From Octopus vulgaris (taxonomy: Eukaryota), in the NCBI GenBank assembly GCA_951406725.2, contig OX597817.1, forward strand, positions 147,374,001 to 147,438,000: DNA of 64,000 nt. Reading direction: 5' to 3'. Within the stretch, counting starts at the first letter, position 1; the number at the start of each line of letters is the position of its first letter. Below are positions 24,239-39,191 of this stretch, piece by piece. Under the pieces are notes generated by a model. It was given only the letters and a program-made list of their open reading frames with translations, made no database searches and had not been told where the DNA came from. The translations under genes were made by a program, and so were the position numbers.

Positions 24239-24570
24239 GGCGCATGGCGCAGTGGTTGGAGCGTCGAGCATACGATCGTGAGGTTGTGAGTTCGAATCCC
24301 AGACTGGGATGCGTGTTGCGTTCTTGAGCAAGACACTTTATTTCACGTTGCTCCAGTTAACTCAGCTGTAGAAATGAGTTGCGACGTCACTGGTGCCAAG
24401 CTGTATCTGCTCCTTTCCCTTGAATAACACTGGTGGTGTGGAGAGGGGAGGCCGGTATGTATGGTCGACAGCTGGTCTTCCATAAACAACCTTGCCTGGA
24501 CTTGTTCCTGGAAGGGTAACTTTCTAGGTGCAATCCCATGCTCTGTGCCGTGACCGAAGTGGGGCCTCAG
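24239..24570 (+). mobile_element. tRNA-derived SINE (C/D-type head, different body)
   Basis: GGCGCATGGCGCAGTGGTTGGAG A box, GTTCGAATCCC B box, CTTGAGCAAGACACTTTATTTCACGTTGCTCCAG. Confidence 0.75.
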
Positions 24571-24998
24571 ATATTATAGTATTGTTCCGATACCATGTTT
24601 TTATTAATACTGGCCAAAAATATCAACCTGATCACCATGTTCATTACGAAAACTTTTTAAGGCGACTAGCTCAGACACCTGTTCAATTCCAGACATTTTG
24701 TATTGGTATCTTTGGGGTTTGCTAGCCACAGTGTCCTAAACAAGAATAAAACTATTTCTGGCAGTTTTATCCCCCGCTCCTACCTCCACAAACTGGGTTA
24801 TAGTTCGATAGCATGTATCATATTTTCGTTAAGTGTCTTAAGTGGATATGTAGTCACGAGAAGGCATAAATGCGCTTCCAGTCTCCTCAAGAGGGCTTCA
24901 CTCGTGTCTGTTGTGTCCTCATTGCATTTACGTAGACTGGAGCAACATAAAACTGGAGTGAATTGTTCAAGAGCACGACGTTCTGCCCACTTACCACT

Positions 24999-25416
24999 CG
25001 CAGGAGTGGCTGTGTGGTAAGTAGCTTGCTTACCAACCACATGATTCCGGGTTCATCCCCACTGCGTGGCACCTTGAGCAAGTGTCTTCTACTATAGCCT
25101 CGGATTGACCAAAGCCTTGTGAGTGGATTTGGTAGACGGAAACTGAAAGAAGCCCGTCCTAGATATGTATATATGTATATATATATATATGTATGTATGT
25201 GTGTGTGTCTGTGTTTATGTATTTGTGTTTGTCTCCCCGCCAACATCGCTTATCAACCGATTGTGATGTGTTTATGTCCCCATAACTTAGCGTTTCGGCA
25301 AAAGAGACCGATAGAATGAGTACTAGGCTTACAAAGAATAAGTTCTACGTCGATTTGCTCGACTAAAGGCGGTGCTCCAGCATGGCCACAGTCAAATGAC
25401 TGAAACAAGTAAAAGT
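24999..25416 (+). mobile_element. SINE family A, full length
   Basis: Near-consensus head and tail. Confidence 0.9.
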
Positions 25417-26077
25417 GTACTCCAGTATTTGAACTCGCAACCTTGTGATTATGAACAAAACATTCTAACCACTAACCTACACGCCTTCTCCAATATTCTG
25501 AACACCCACTCAATTATGCATTTCTGTTTCTCTTGTATATAGCCATATCATCAGAGAGAGAAACATGAGATAACTCGTTGTTTTCACTAACTAATCAAAT
25601 ATAATAACATGCTTTAAATCGGCTGATATGTTATGGAAGCTGTAATTAGTATAGTTGTTGGATTACATAATTTGCTATCATATTTATATGTGGGCTGCGT
25701 ATAAATATCTCAGATATGACTTGCGCACAACACGAGCAAAATTGCGAGATCTTAACTGTACACTGACATGAGATTGATAAACATGAGACCGGCTAACCCG
25801 GCTCCTGTTACACAGCGTTTCGCTTTTTGTTTGTATGGCTTAAATATTGCTGCTCATATGTGTGAGTGTGCGCATGTTTGTGTGTGTATGCGTGTTTATG
25901 TGTGTGCGTGTGTGAGTGTGTGAGTGTGTGAGTGTGTGTGTGTGTGTGTGTGTGTTTGTGTGTGAACATTTCCGAATGAAAGATGGAGACCAGAAATTGA
26001 GATGGGACTTTATGGAAAATAACTATAACTGCAGAGGTAATGGTTTATTTTGGGGGTATAATATTTTACTAAAATAA

Positions 26078-26272
26078 GGCGGGGAGCTGTCAGAATGGTC
26101 AGCTTGCCGGGAACAATGCTTAGGGACATTTCCTCGGTCTTCACGTTCTGAGTTCGAATTCCGCCTCGGCCGAATTTGTCTTTCAAACTTCCAGGGGTAA
26201 TTGAGTGCCAATATAACCGACCTAGCCCCATCACCAAAACTGCTGGCCTTGTAACTAAATTTGAAACCATTT
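26078..26272 (+). mobile_element. SINE family B, old-tail type
   Basis: GGCGGGGAGCTGTCAGAA head; GCTGGCCTTGTAACTAAATTTGAAACC tail. Confidence 0.7.
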
Positions 26273-26274
26273 TA

Positions 26275-26280
26275 ATATTA

Positions 26281-26371
<91 letters not shown>

Positions 26372-26825
26372 CATTATTACTGAGTGAGAGAGCAGTGTAT
26401 GCCATCAAAGTGACACTGGGGTAAAATATACGAAGCCCAGTATACGCAGCATGACTACCCGTCTGATAAACAGCACGTGATCTTGCGGGTGGGGCCCAGT
26501 TAGAATTTACTTCTGGTCGGGTAACGCATCCCACTCAAAAGCTCCTTGATTAAGGGTTGTTTAAGGACGTTGAATGAAACACCCATGTTTCCAGAGGTGA
26601 ATTATTCAAACCCTAAAGGATCCCTCTGAACACATGGCTATGATGCTCCCCCACTACTTCTACTCGTCATCAGAGATGCACATATCGTCAGCCACTAAGG
26701 GAAATGCTCAACTGGTTAAGGTCATACAACTGACAAGCAAATCTGTGGTATTGAGCAGAATATTTGTTGTAACCCATCTTTTATACCAAGGCGAAACAAT
26801 GTACATGATAACACTTCCAATCTGT
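26275..26825 (-). mobile_element. Retroposon 3' portion with (AAT)n tail, family unassigned
   Basis: Long (TTA)n at 26275-26380 abutting a complex segment of about 440 bp. Confidence 0.4.
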
Positions 26826-27137
26826 GTTATGTATGTATGTATGTATGTATGTATGTATGTATGTATGTATGTATGTATGTATGTACGTATTTTAGTCGTG
26901 AAGGCTAAAATATTTTTGCTTTCATATATTGTCTTCCTTACTATTTCATTTACGCTTGTTGTCCTACCCTTGACTCAGCGGCACATTAAAGCTAGTCGAG
27001 AGCTGCCTGAGTGAAAGCTCTATCACATTCATACACATATTAAGACACTGAGGGACGACCTTCATATACATGTGATATACGTATGTACACACACAGACAC
27101 ACATACACACAGTCACACATAACATCACAAAGATGGT

Positions 27138-27526
27138 TGTTGCTGTTGGCATCTTTTGACTCGGGAGACAATGGAGTTGCGGCTAAACTAATCCAGTCTG
27201 CTTTTTACATTTCCTGTCCTCTCCAGTTTCCTCTCCAGTCTTGCGCAGGCCTGGGCTAGATGTAAGAAAATCCTGGGTAGGCCAATCGTCAGGATTCCTT
27301 GCTGACGTAATCCAAAGGAGTTCAGAGCATTAAGTTTGGTACCAGCTTGGTTGCAGGAGCTGCTGGAAGAGTGTTGAGTCGAATACCAAACTCCCTACGG
27401 GGATCCACTCCGGATTTCTTTGAAGGTTGATTCCTTTCCGTAACCCTGGATAGGGGCCCATGCCGGTTACTATCAGCCGGAGCCAGCTGAATCCGGGACT
27501 CGTGTCAGGCACGGTCGCCACTCCCT
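27138..27526 (-). mobile_element. Non-autonomous RTE-derived element (5' UTR-like part plus 3' tail)
   Basis: Minus strand AAATCCGGAGTGGATCCCC...GCTCCTGCAACCAAGCTGGTACCAAAC resembles RTE 5' UTRs; ends ...GATGCC(AAC)n; no ORF. Confidence 0.45.
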
Positions 27527-27631
27527 GAAGTAGAGAAGAAAATCGCTACCCACTACCTACACTCACACATCTGACATTTATATGTACACACACACACTCA
27601 CACACAGAAAGATGGTATGGATACATTTTAG

Positions 27632-27861
27632 GGCGGCGAGCTGGCAGAAACGTTAGCACGCCGGGCGAAATGCGTAGCCGTATCTCGTCTGCCGTTACGT
27701 CTGAATTCAAATGCTGCCGAGGTCGACTTTACCTTTCATCCTTTCGGGGTCGATAAATTAAGTACCAGTTACGCACTGGGGTCGATGTAATCGGCTTAAT
27801 CCGTTTGTCTGTCCTTGTTTGTCCTCTCTGTGTTTAGCCCCTTGTGGGTAGTAAAGAAATA
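27632..27861 (+). mobile_element. SINE family B monomer with Tx1-like tail and TSD
   Basis: TSD GGTAT(G/A)GATA(C/A)ATTTTAG at 27614-27631 and 27862-27879. Confidence 0.9.
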
Positions 27862-28339
27862 GGTATAGATAAATTTTAGTATGTATACATCTTCGTAAAG
27901 CAGTGTGTGTGCATGTTCTATGCTTTGTGAAAACGACTTAGCATTGGTGGTTCGCTTTCATGCTACAGTCACCAAACTGAACAGAACTCAATATAATAAG
28001 AAATGAAAAAACCTCACCGTTATATAGTGCTGCTACTAATTACACTATTGAATCGTTCACTTTATGTATATAGAGATTATTTTCAAGCATGTAATATTGA
28101 AGGTGAGACTAAAGTTAATCTTTTGTATTTTTATCAATAATTGCTCATAATTCCTTATTAGTATTTTAAAGTTTAGTTCTCAACAGTAATTCTTTAAAAT
28201 CAATAAATGTTTTTAAATAGTGGAGGACAGCGTTCACCACAACTTACAAAAAAGCTGTGTAATTTCAATAAATAAATGCTTGATAATGCGCCGACATGTT
28301 TGCTTAATAATAAAAAAATTGTATACTCTTTAATATCGT

Positions 28340-29112
28340 TTTACTCTTTTACTTGTTTCAGTCGTATGACTTCGGCCATGCTGGAGCACCGCCTTTAGTC
28401 GAGCAAATCGACCTCTGGATTTATTATTTGTAAGCCTAGTACTTATTCTATCGGTCTTTTGCCGAACCGCTAAGTTACGAGGACATAAACACACCAGCAT
28501 CGGTTGTCAAGGAATGCTTGGGGGGGGGGGCAAACACAGACACACAAACATATACACAGACACACACATACACACACACGCACACATGTATATATATACA
28601 TATATACGACGGGCTTCTTTCAGTTCCGTCTACCAAATACACTTACAAGGCTTTGGTCGGCCCGAGGCTATAGTAGAGGACACTTGCCCAAGGTGCCACG
28701 CAATGGGACTCAACCCGGAACCATGTAGTTGTTAAGGAAGCTGCTTACCACACAGCCACTCCTACGTATATAAATCTTTCTCATTAGATTATATGCGTTC
28801 TTCGATTAGACAGGCACACATCGGTTATCAAGCGATGCTGGGGGGACAAACACAACCCACAAACATATACACACACACATACACACATACATATATACGA
28901 CGTGCTTCTTTCAGTTTCCGTCTACCAAATCCACTCACAAGGCTTTGGTCGGCCCGGCGCTATAGTAGAAGACACTTGCCCAAGGTACCACGCAGAGGGA
29001 CTGAACCCGCAACCATGTGGTTGGTAAGCAAGCTATTTACCAAACAGCCACTCCTACGTATATAAATCCTTCTCATTAGATTATATGTGGTCTTCGATTA
29101 TACATGCACACA
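28340..29112 (-). mobile_element. SINE family A plus a tandem duplication of its 5' part and flank
   Basis: Copies at 28340-28766 and 28815-29057, both followed by TATAAATC(T/C)TTCTCATTAGATTATATG...CTTCGATTA. Confidence 0.85.
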
Positions 29113-29996
29113 TTACAATACATTAAGCTTTGTCATGGGGACTAACTCTATATCACACAAGTTACCCCTAAGACGAGATCGCACGCTACTTCCGATACTA
29201 AGACTCAATCAAAACTCATATTATAATCTAGAAATTAAAAGCCCGGAGTAACGCATGAACGCCAAACCAACGTCATTTGCATTTAATAAATCAAGCAGAG
29301 CATCAGATAACTGATACCACGAGTGATTACCCCAGTCGAACAGAAAGCAATTGCTATACCCAACGATAACAAAGTGGATATTTAATTGCTGTAGATACAG
29401 AATGGAGAATAGAGCTGTTTCCTGCTGAAGTTTACGTTTGGGGCTTCGAATACTAATGTTTAATGTTCAGATTATTGATAGCAAACAATGATAAAGTGAT
29501 TTCTGAATATTCCTTATGACTTCCGTTGAACCTGAGCATATGCTATTTATGACGTCATACTGGATGGACTATATATTTCTCAGGAAGCAATCTATCTAAT
29601 GTTTGTTGTATAGGTTACTATAAGCAACAGATATCAGAGCTGCACGGCAAACGCGTCGTATACGATATCAAAACCAATGCTGATTAGGATGTTTTATATT
29701 ATAGAATATGATATGATCAACTTGAATGAATTTGTTTCTGAATTTCATACATCTGCATAAAATACATAGAAACATATGTACATACACATATACACACATG
29801 AACACAAAGTTATATATACACGTTAAAAGACATATTTAGATTTCAATGTATTACAATATATAACTGCATATGGAAACAAAGCAGTTTGAGTTTTATAATT
29901 ATGATATAATACCTGAAGGCAGATAGAAAACCTACAACAATATATATGTATAGATATGTGTGTGCGCGTGTGTTTATGTATATGTATGTATATGTA

Positions 29997-30067
<71 letters not shown>

Positions 30068-30074
30068 TTATATA

Positions 30075-30267
30075 GGCGCAGGAGAGGCTGTGTGGTAAAT
30101 AGCTTGCCTACCAACCACATGGCACCGGGTTCAATCCCACTGCATGACACCTTCGGCAAGTGACTTCTACTATAGCCTCGGACGACCAAAGCCTTGTGAG
30201 TGGATATGGGAGATAGAAACTGAAAGAAGCCCGTCGTATATATGTATGTGTTTGTGTGTGTGTATGT

Positions 30268-30306
<39 letters not shown>

Positions 30307-30510
30307 TGTGCTTCTTTGTCCCGTAACATCGCTTGACAACCAATGCTGGTGTGTGTACGTCCCCGTTCCTTAGCGGTTCGGATAAAGAGACCGATAGAGT
30401 AAGTACTAGACTTACAAAGAATAAGTCCTGGGTTCGATTTGCTCGACTAAAGGCGGTGCTCCAGCATGGCCGCTTTCAAATGACTGAAACAAGAGTAAAA
30501 GTGTAAAGAG
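30075..30510 (+). mobile_element. SINE family A, full length
   Basis: Family A with private variants GGATATGGGAGATAG, CCCGTTCCTT and GGATAA. Confidence 0.9.
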
Positions 30511-30511
30511 T

Positions 30512-30552
<41 letters not shown>

Positions 30553-30555
<3 letters not shown>

Positions 30556-30712
30556 GACAGGCTTCTTTCAGTTTTCGTCTACCGAATCCACTCACAACGC
30601 TTTGGTCGGCCCGGAGCTAGAACAAAAGACACTTGGGCAAGGTGACACGCAGTGGGTCTGAACCCGGAATCATGTGATTGTGAAGCAATCTTCTTACCAC
30701 ACAACCACACAG
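30553..30712 (-). mobile_element. SINE family A 5' half, inverted
   Basis: Reverse complement of the head after (TA)n. Confidence 0.8.
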
Positions 30713-31019
30713 CTAAATAATGAGACTAAGAAAAACCTCAGCACATTTTTAATGATCGCTTACAATTGTTTCTGCATCAACTCTGTAAAGAATCAATTAT
30801 TGCTGATCATTATGGCTTAAAGTTCTCCTTTGTTTCCTAATTCAGATTATATTTTACTCTTCACTAAACCCACATAATAGTTTTATCGTTGTGAAACCTG
30901 GATTTTCTACAACTGAAGATTTTCTATATTGGTAGGGAACCTGACATTGAAATTCGCCTAAATATCGTGTTAGGTGCTGCATTGGAAAATGCTCTATCTT
31001 TCACGCTTCCGAGACCTTG

Positions 31020-31327
<308 letters not shown>

Positions 31328-32598
31328 GGAGGGCTGGGCATGCCGTGGTTGATGATGCGCAGACACGCGCTGAGACTGCGACATCTCTGGCTCTATGTAG
31401 ACGACGGTGAACAGGTGTGGTCGCCGTTTGTGAGGCACGCTTTCCCGCAGCTCGTCTCCATGACCGAACTGCAGTCGTGGATCAAAAAGAGGCCGAGGAA
31501 GGGCGAATGGCACCGCGAGTGTCGCGTTGCTCTCAAGCAACTCTGCCGTCTTGGGTCGACCTTAAGTGACTTCAACACAACCAAAGCATTCTATAGGGGT
31601 TTAGTGGAGGGGAGGTACGACGACGAGCTCGGGGCGAACCTGGACGTCGACGAGGAGTACCTGACCCGCCTGTTCAGGACGACTTTCGGGCCAGGGCCCA
31701 TGGACAACTTCCAGAGATCCCTGGCCTGGCAGTGCTACCGAGAAGCGCTACCCGTTCGGGATAAGCTCTACAGACACGGCTCGAGAAACACGGGGCCGAC
31801 CTGCCCGAGATGCGGTCAGAGCGACGAAACCGTTCTGCACGCACTCGTTCAGTGTCCAACAATTTCCGACCTGTGGGCTTATGTCGAACAACTGCTGTCA
31901 CGTGTGGGACGAGTCGGTTTATCAGCTGAGTCTATCGTCAATATTGTCACGCCTCCTTCCTTCAAACGGGAAGGAAGAGCTATTTTCATCATCCTTGTGG
32001 CTATGGCGAAAGAATGTATCTGGTGGACGCGTCTGAAAGGATTGGAGACAAACACTTTCCTCTCTGGTCAATCTCTCATCAACTTCTTCAAGTACCACTT
32101 GAAAAGGAAAGTGAGAGTAGAGGGCAAGTTTTGTCTAGCGAATGTTTTAAAAAAAGATGGGTGAATGTAGCAAGAATGGCACGTATGAATGACGAAGCCA
32201 CCTTGAGCATAGTCCTATGAACCCAGAAATCGAAAACAGAGAGTTGCTTATTTGCAAAAAAAAAAAAAAAAAAAGAAATATAAAATGTGACTTCATTGAC
32301 CGAGGTTACCGTGGTCTTTTCCGTAGGCTTTTCTTTCCACGGGTAAACCTCACCTGTCCTCCCCTTTACACTTCATATTGACATTTCTGTGATAACGATC
32401 CCTATTGATCAATTTTTTTTCCTCTCCCCTTTTTTTTTTAACCCCCTTTTTTTTGTCCTCTTTCTCTCCTTTTACGATCCCTTTTGATCGAAACTCCCCC
32501 TTCCTTTTTTTTTTTTTTTTTTTTAAACCTTCAAAAGAAAAGCTCTACCTTGTAATTTGTTCTATCTGTGTGCAGCCCTGTGTGGCTAATAAAGAAAC
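31328..32598 (+). mobile_element. 5'-truncated Tx1/L1-clade LINE
   Basis: GC-rich ORF2 C-terminus, T-rich 3' UTR, ends GGCTAATAAAGAAAC then (ATCT)n. Confidence 0.85.
31340..32220 (+). pseudogene. Tx1/L1 ORF2 C-terminal fragment with zinc knuckle (zf-RVT-like)
   Basis: NFQRSLAWQCYREALPVRDKL...TCPRCGQSDETVLHALVQCP...LW; probable frameshift near 32120 into KKRWVNVARMARM...L*. Confidence 0.85.
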
Positions 32599-32619
32599 AT
32601 ATCTATCTATCTATCTACT

Positions 32620-32711
32620 TATATATATATGCATATATGTATATATGTATATATATATGCATATATATGCATATATATATATATATATATACATACATAT
32701 ACATATGTATA

Positions 32712-32749
<38 letters not shown>

Positions 32750-32880
32750 CATATATACATATGTATATATATATATATATACATGTATTATTATATGTAT
32801 GCATGTATGTACGTACGTATATATGCATCTATGTATGAATGTATGTATGTAAGTGTGTGTGCGTGTATATGTGAGTACGG
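32620..32880. repeat. Degenerate (TA)n/(TACA)n microsatellite
   Basis: Low-complexity run. Confidence 0.9.
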
Positions 32881-33364
32881 ATGTGCCTGTCTGTGTATAT
32901 AGGGGAGAGACAAATATATAACATGTGGTACCAATATATATGAAACATTAAAAAAATGAAGAGAGAGAGAGAAAGAGAGAGAGAGAGATAACGTGCAAGA
33001 GAGAGAGAGAGAGACAGAGGAGAAGATAGAGGGAGAGAATGTGGCAGATAAAAGCGCGGATAACTGTCCTAATCCAAGTGAGATATTGAATGAATTATGT
33101 ATTTTCGAGAAGGAACGCTATTTTGCGACACTTGTGCTGTTCATTTTCGTTCTTTATCCGTTCCAACACTTATTCCCAGATTCACACATCCAGTAACGAT
33201 ATAGTCATTCAGACATACGTAAGTTACTCAAACACACGCACACGCACACACGCACACAAACACACACACTCACAGGCACCCACCACATATACACTCACAT
33301 GCAAAACTTCGTTGTGGCAACGTGTCTACACACACATACACACACACACACATATATATATATG

Positions 33365-34001
33365 TAATATTGAAATTATTGTATACAGTGCTCAGGTGCA
33401 CCACAACCTGTCAAAAGTGCGTATAAAGCATATGCAGTAATGTACAAATGTCTGGGAAGTAAACAGTGTATGAGTCAGATACATGCTTGCGTGTGTATGG
33501 AGGGGAGAAAATCAGGTGTAGTTTTGGCGAATCTCAGGAAGCATGGAAGTTTTGAAGGATGCAGTGCTCCGACAACTAACAACTGATGCCGGCAGTTTGT
33601 TCCATGCTTCAGCAACTCTTAGCGGGAAAAAATGTTTCCGAAAGTCATGGGAGCTGTGCTGTTTTCTGACTTTGGAAACATGTCCACGGGTGTTAGACAG
33701 GTGGAGTTTGAAAAGGTGCTCAGAGTTATTGTTTGTAAGATGGTTAATAACTTTATGGGTGTATGCCAAGTCAGTTGCCAGACGTCGGAGTTTCAATGTA
33801 TCCATGCCCAGGGAAGTAAGGCGTTCAGAATATGGCAAATGCCTGATGGAAGATTCTCTTGCTTACACATCGCTGAACGGTTTCCAGACGATTAATATCC
33901 TGAGCAAGATAGCGGTTCCAAACCGGTAATGCAAATTCCAGGTGAGGCCGCACCATAGCTATATAAAGCCGCAGGATGATAGCCGGAGAGCGGCTCCCAA
34001 A

Positions 34002-34005
<4 letters not shown>
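33365..34005 (-). mobile_element. CR1-type LINE 3' fragment
   Basis: [18 protein letters not shown]...RLETVQR; [23 protein letters not shown]...TRGH...FFPLRVAEAWNKLP...FK. Confidence 0.9.
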
Positions 34006-34047
<42 letters not shown>

Positions 34048-34102
34048 TAGATAGATATAGATATGAGTGCGTGTGTATATATATATCTACATATGTATAT
34101 TG

Positions 34103-34161
<59 letters not shown>

Positions 34162-34389
34162 ATATATATATATATATATATAATATGCATCAATATACAC
34201 TCATACATGTGTATATATTTACCCATAGGTACGTAACCTTTGTCTGTCTGTATATCTGTTTGCCCGTCTGTCTGTCCGTCTTTCTTTCTCTCTATATATA
34301 TTTTTAAGTAACATATCTCAGTTACGTATCTATGACCCTCTCCTACACGTACGTAATAAAAGGCTTATATATATATATATATATATATA

Positions 34390-35512
34390 CTAGCATTATG
34401 ACCCATCGTTGCCGGGTCATATTGCTAGTGCATGTACATATGTGTATATATATGTGTACATATTACATGTACATATATATATACATCTACACACAAAATA
34501 CAAAATACAAAGTTATATATTGATATTGCTAGTGATAACAATACTCAAAATATATAACAGACTGGTATTGTAAGCCCGTCTCTTGCAATTTCGATCAATT
34601 GTATCTTGTCCTCCCTCTTGTATAGAAGTGTGGCTACAATCCAGCCTACCTCTACTACTGGGGGGGGGGGGCATTTTTAATTTTTTATCCGAGATGTCCT
34701 ACGTCCCAGATATAAAGGTAAAAATAAAATATTTCCACTTTACAAGTTCGAGTCGAATACTCCCTTGCACGCTCCGTTGACTCGAAACTTGCTTCTATTG
34801 TGGCGAATTTAACGCCTCTGCTTAGATATCTTTCATAGTCGCACCAAGACACTTTTCGATGGTGTTTTCCTCCAGGTGTTCAAATCTTTTTTCTCTACAT
34901 TGTATACTTTATAGACAATAGTCTTTTCTTTAATTTAACTTTTTATTATCCATCTGGACTATTCAATTTCTGCACGCTAATTTTATATTTAGTTTATTCC
35001 CATTCATGTGAAACCACTTATTCAAGTTCAAGTCATTGATGCAATTTCATACCAATTGCTATTTTCACTTTAGTTTGATTTTAATTATTACTTACTACAT
35101 ATAATTCAATTGTTATTATTATTTTTATTGTTAAAGTGAAAGCATCTGACATAAAATAGAGAAACGTTTTTGTTTCACTTTTAACACGTAATACTAAAAT
35201 AGTGAGAAGATATGATATTGCTATGGGCTCGCTCGCTCTAGTTGAACATTTTTTGCCCATGAAACTACATGGACGTTAAGTAAGGCATGTGTAAAATTTG
35301 AATGAAATTGGTTGTGTAGTTCTCAAGTTTTAGGGAATCGTAATGGAGAAGATATGATATTGCTGTGGGCTCGCCCTAGGCAAAAAGTTAAAAAAATTTT
35401 GTCGATGACACTCCCCGGACCCTAAGTAAGGGATGTGTAAAATTTGAATGAAATTAGTGGTGTAGTTCTCAAGATTTAGGGAAACACACAGACAGACAGA
35501 TACACATTCTCA

Positions 35513-35525
<13 letters not shown>
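34390..35525 (-). mobile_element. Non-autonomous Helitron-like element with an internal tandem repeat
   Basis: CTAG at 34390-34393 with hairpin GACCCATCGTTGCCGGGTC; far end TATAAAACTGAGAATGTGTATCTGTCTGTC on the minus strand; unit of about 140 bp twice at 35204-35480. Confidence 0.7.
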
Positions 35526-35589
<64 letters not shown>

Positions 35590-35708
35590 AATATTGGTTG
35601 CAAATATGAAAACAGCTGTAAGTAGATAATGATAGATATCATCGGAAAGCATAGATGCAGACACACGCGAATATTACAAACATTCACAATAATACACACA
35701 CACACGCA

Positions 35709-35750
<42 letters not shown>

Positions 35751-36134
35751 TATATATATATATATAGAAAAGCCATCTGATCACATAATATTATACTTGG
35801 TTGAGAATATGTAAAACAAAAGAAAAAAAACAACAGCAAAATCTGTTGCGAAGGATTATCAATATCCGATAGCAGAAGAAACTGTTATTTTCCCCCTTTG
35901 CAAGGAGCAAGCATCATCTGTTGCTTCTGGTTTGGTTGTATTAAGACTAGTGAGGCGAAATGGAATCTGTTCTCAGTTGGCTTAAACGCAGCAGAGGTGT
36001 GCCATCGCGATGAGGTATTAAACAAGTTAATTTATTGGCGGAGCGGTTTGTCTTGCGATGTGCAGCCAGACGCCATACATATGTGTGTAGGAATCTGTGT
36101 ATGTGCGTATGTAGTATGGATGGACTTTACCTCT

Positions 36135-37815
<1,681 letters not shown>

Positions 37816-38254
37816 TGATATGAGATTACGTGAGACTACGAGTATATGCCTAAGTCTATTAGTAATATCTATGCGTATGTGCAAGTGTCTCTGTATGGAA
37901 GCTGAGAAGAGAAAGAAACATTTCGCCAGGATGCAAATACTATGGACATCAGTAGTTTTGTAGAGAAAGTAAAAAGTTAATCATGATGTGACGATGAGTT
38001 TCAAGTAAGACACAGTAAGAGAGCAATCAAAATTATAGATTTTATACGGTAACAAGCTGTCGTTAAGGCAGGCTTCTTATTGATTGATGTCTCAACAATG
38101 GTCTTCTACGTTTTACACCTTTACTTCTCGATTCCTTGGTCACTTTTTCTTTCCTTCTCTATTCCGATCTCTTGTGTTTTTTCATTGTTATCTTCTGTCT
38201 TTCTGGTAACCTGTTCCTTCCTTTTCTTTGTCTTTTATTCTGTCGCAATCACAC

Positions 38255-38515
38255 TCTTCCTTTCTTTCCTTCCTTCTTTCCTTCTTTCTTTTGTTCTTTG
38301 TTTCTTTCCTTCTTTCTTTCTTTTTTCTTTCTTTCCTTCTTTCCTTCGTTCTTTCTTTCTTTCCTCCTTTCTTTTTTTCTTTCCTCCTTTGTTTGTTTGC
38401 TTCTTTCCTTCTTTCTTTCCTTCTTTCTTTCTTCTTTCTTTCTTTCTTTCTTCATTCCTCCTTTCCTTCTTTTCTTCTTTCTTTCCTTCTTTCTCTCTTT
38501 CTTTCTTTCTTTCTG

Positions 38516-38550
<35 letters not shown>

Positions 38551-38569
38551 GTCTTTCTGTCTTTCTTCC

Positions 38570-38632
<63 letters not shown>
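38255..38632. repeat. (TTTC)n polypyrimidine tract
   Basis: Degenerate to perfect TTTC run. Confidence 0.9.
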
Positions 38633-39191
38633 CGCTCCTTGTTATTTCCCGCGCTTTTAGCCTACCAATTTTTTCGATTTACTCTCTTTCATTTCTTTCC
38701 CTTTTCTTTTATTTTATGTTTTTTTTTATTATTCCCTGTTCTTTCCTTCTATTTGTCAATTATTCTTTCAATTATTCGCTTCTAATAACACTCTTTCATT
38801 TACTTTCTTCTTGAGTTATTTTATTGTTGGCACATTTATTTTTTGTCTTTAAAAAACAAATATGGTTGACATTAGAAAACAACAACGATGACAACGACAA
38901 CATCAATAACCACAACTTGTAACATTTCTCGTGTAAATGTCTTTCCTTCCAATATTGAGACTTTGAAAGACAAGTACTCGTATACAAATGTCTCTTATCT
39001 ATGATTTATCATTTACATTTTTATCCACTCGCTTGATTTCATATCTAAATCTTATGAAAGATTCCTCTTCCGATCTCTTCCCAGTCTCTATATGGTGTTC
39101 TAGAAAAAATGGCTATCAAATCCTCATAAAATTACACCCTTCTATTTCAAATAAAGAAGAGGAGGAAACGCCCGATATTGTTATTCTAGAT

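Noticed and set aside
24239-24312. Possible tRNA gene
   Set aside because: A/B boxes present but the acceptor stem does not close and the sequence continues into a SINE body; the same applies to other SINE heads
24575-24995. Possible L1/Tx1 endonuclease relic on the minus strand
   Set aside because: Catalytic GDFN/SDH motifs not recognisable; too degenerate to call without a search
26640-26700. CTGATGA on the minus strand as a hammerhead core
   Set aside because: No stem II-GAAA-UH arrangement follows
38080-38814. 244-aa hydrophobic F/L/S ORF resembling a membrane protein
   Set aside because: (TTTC)n tract open in all three frames
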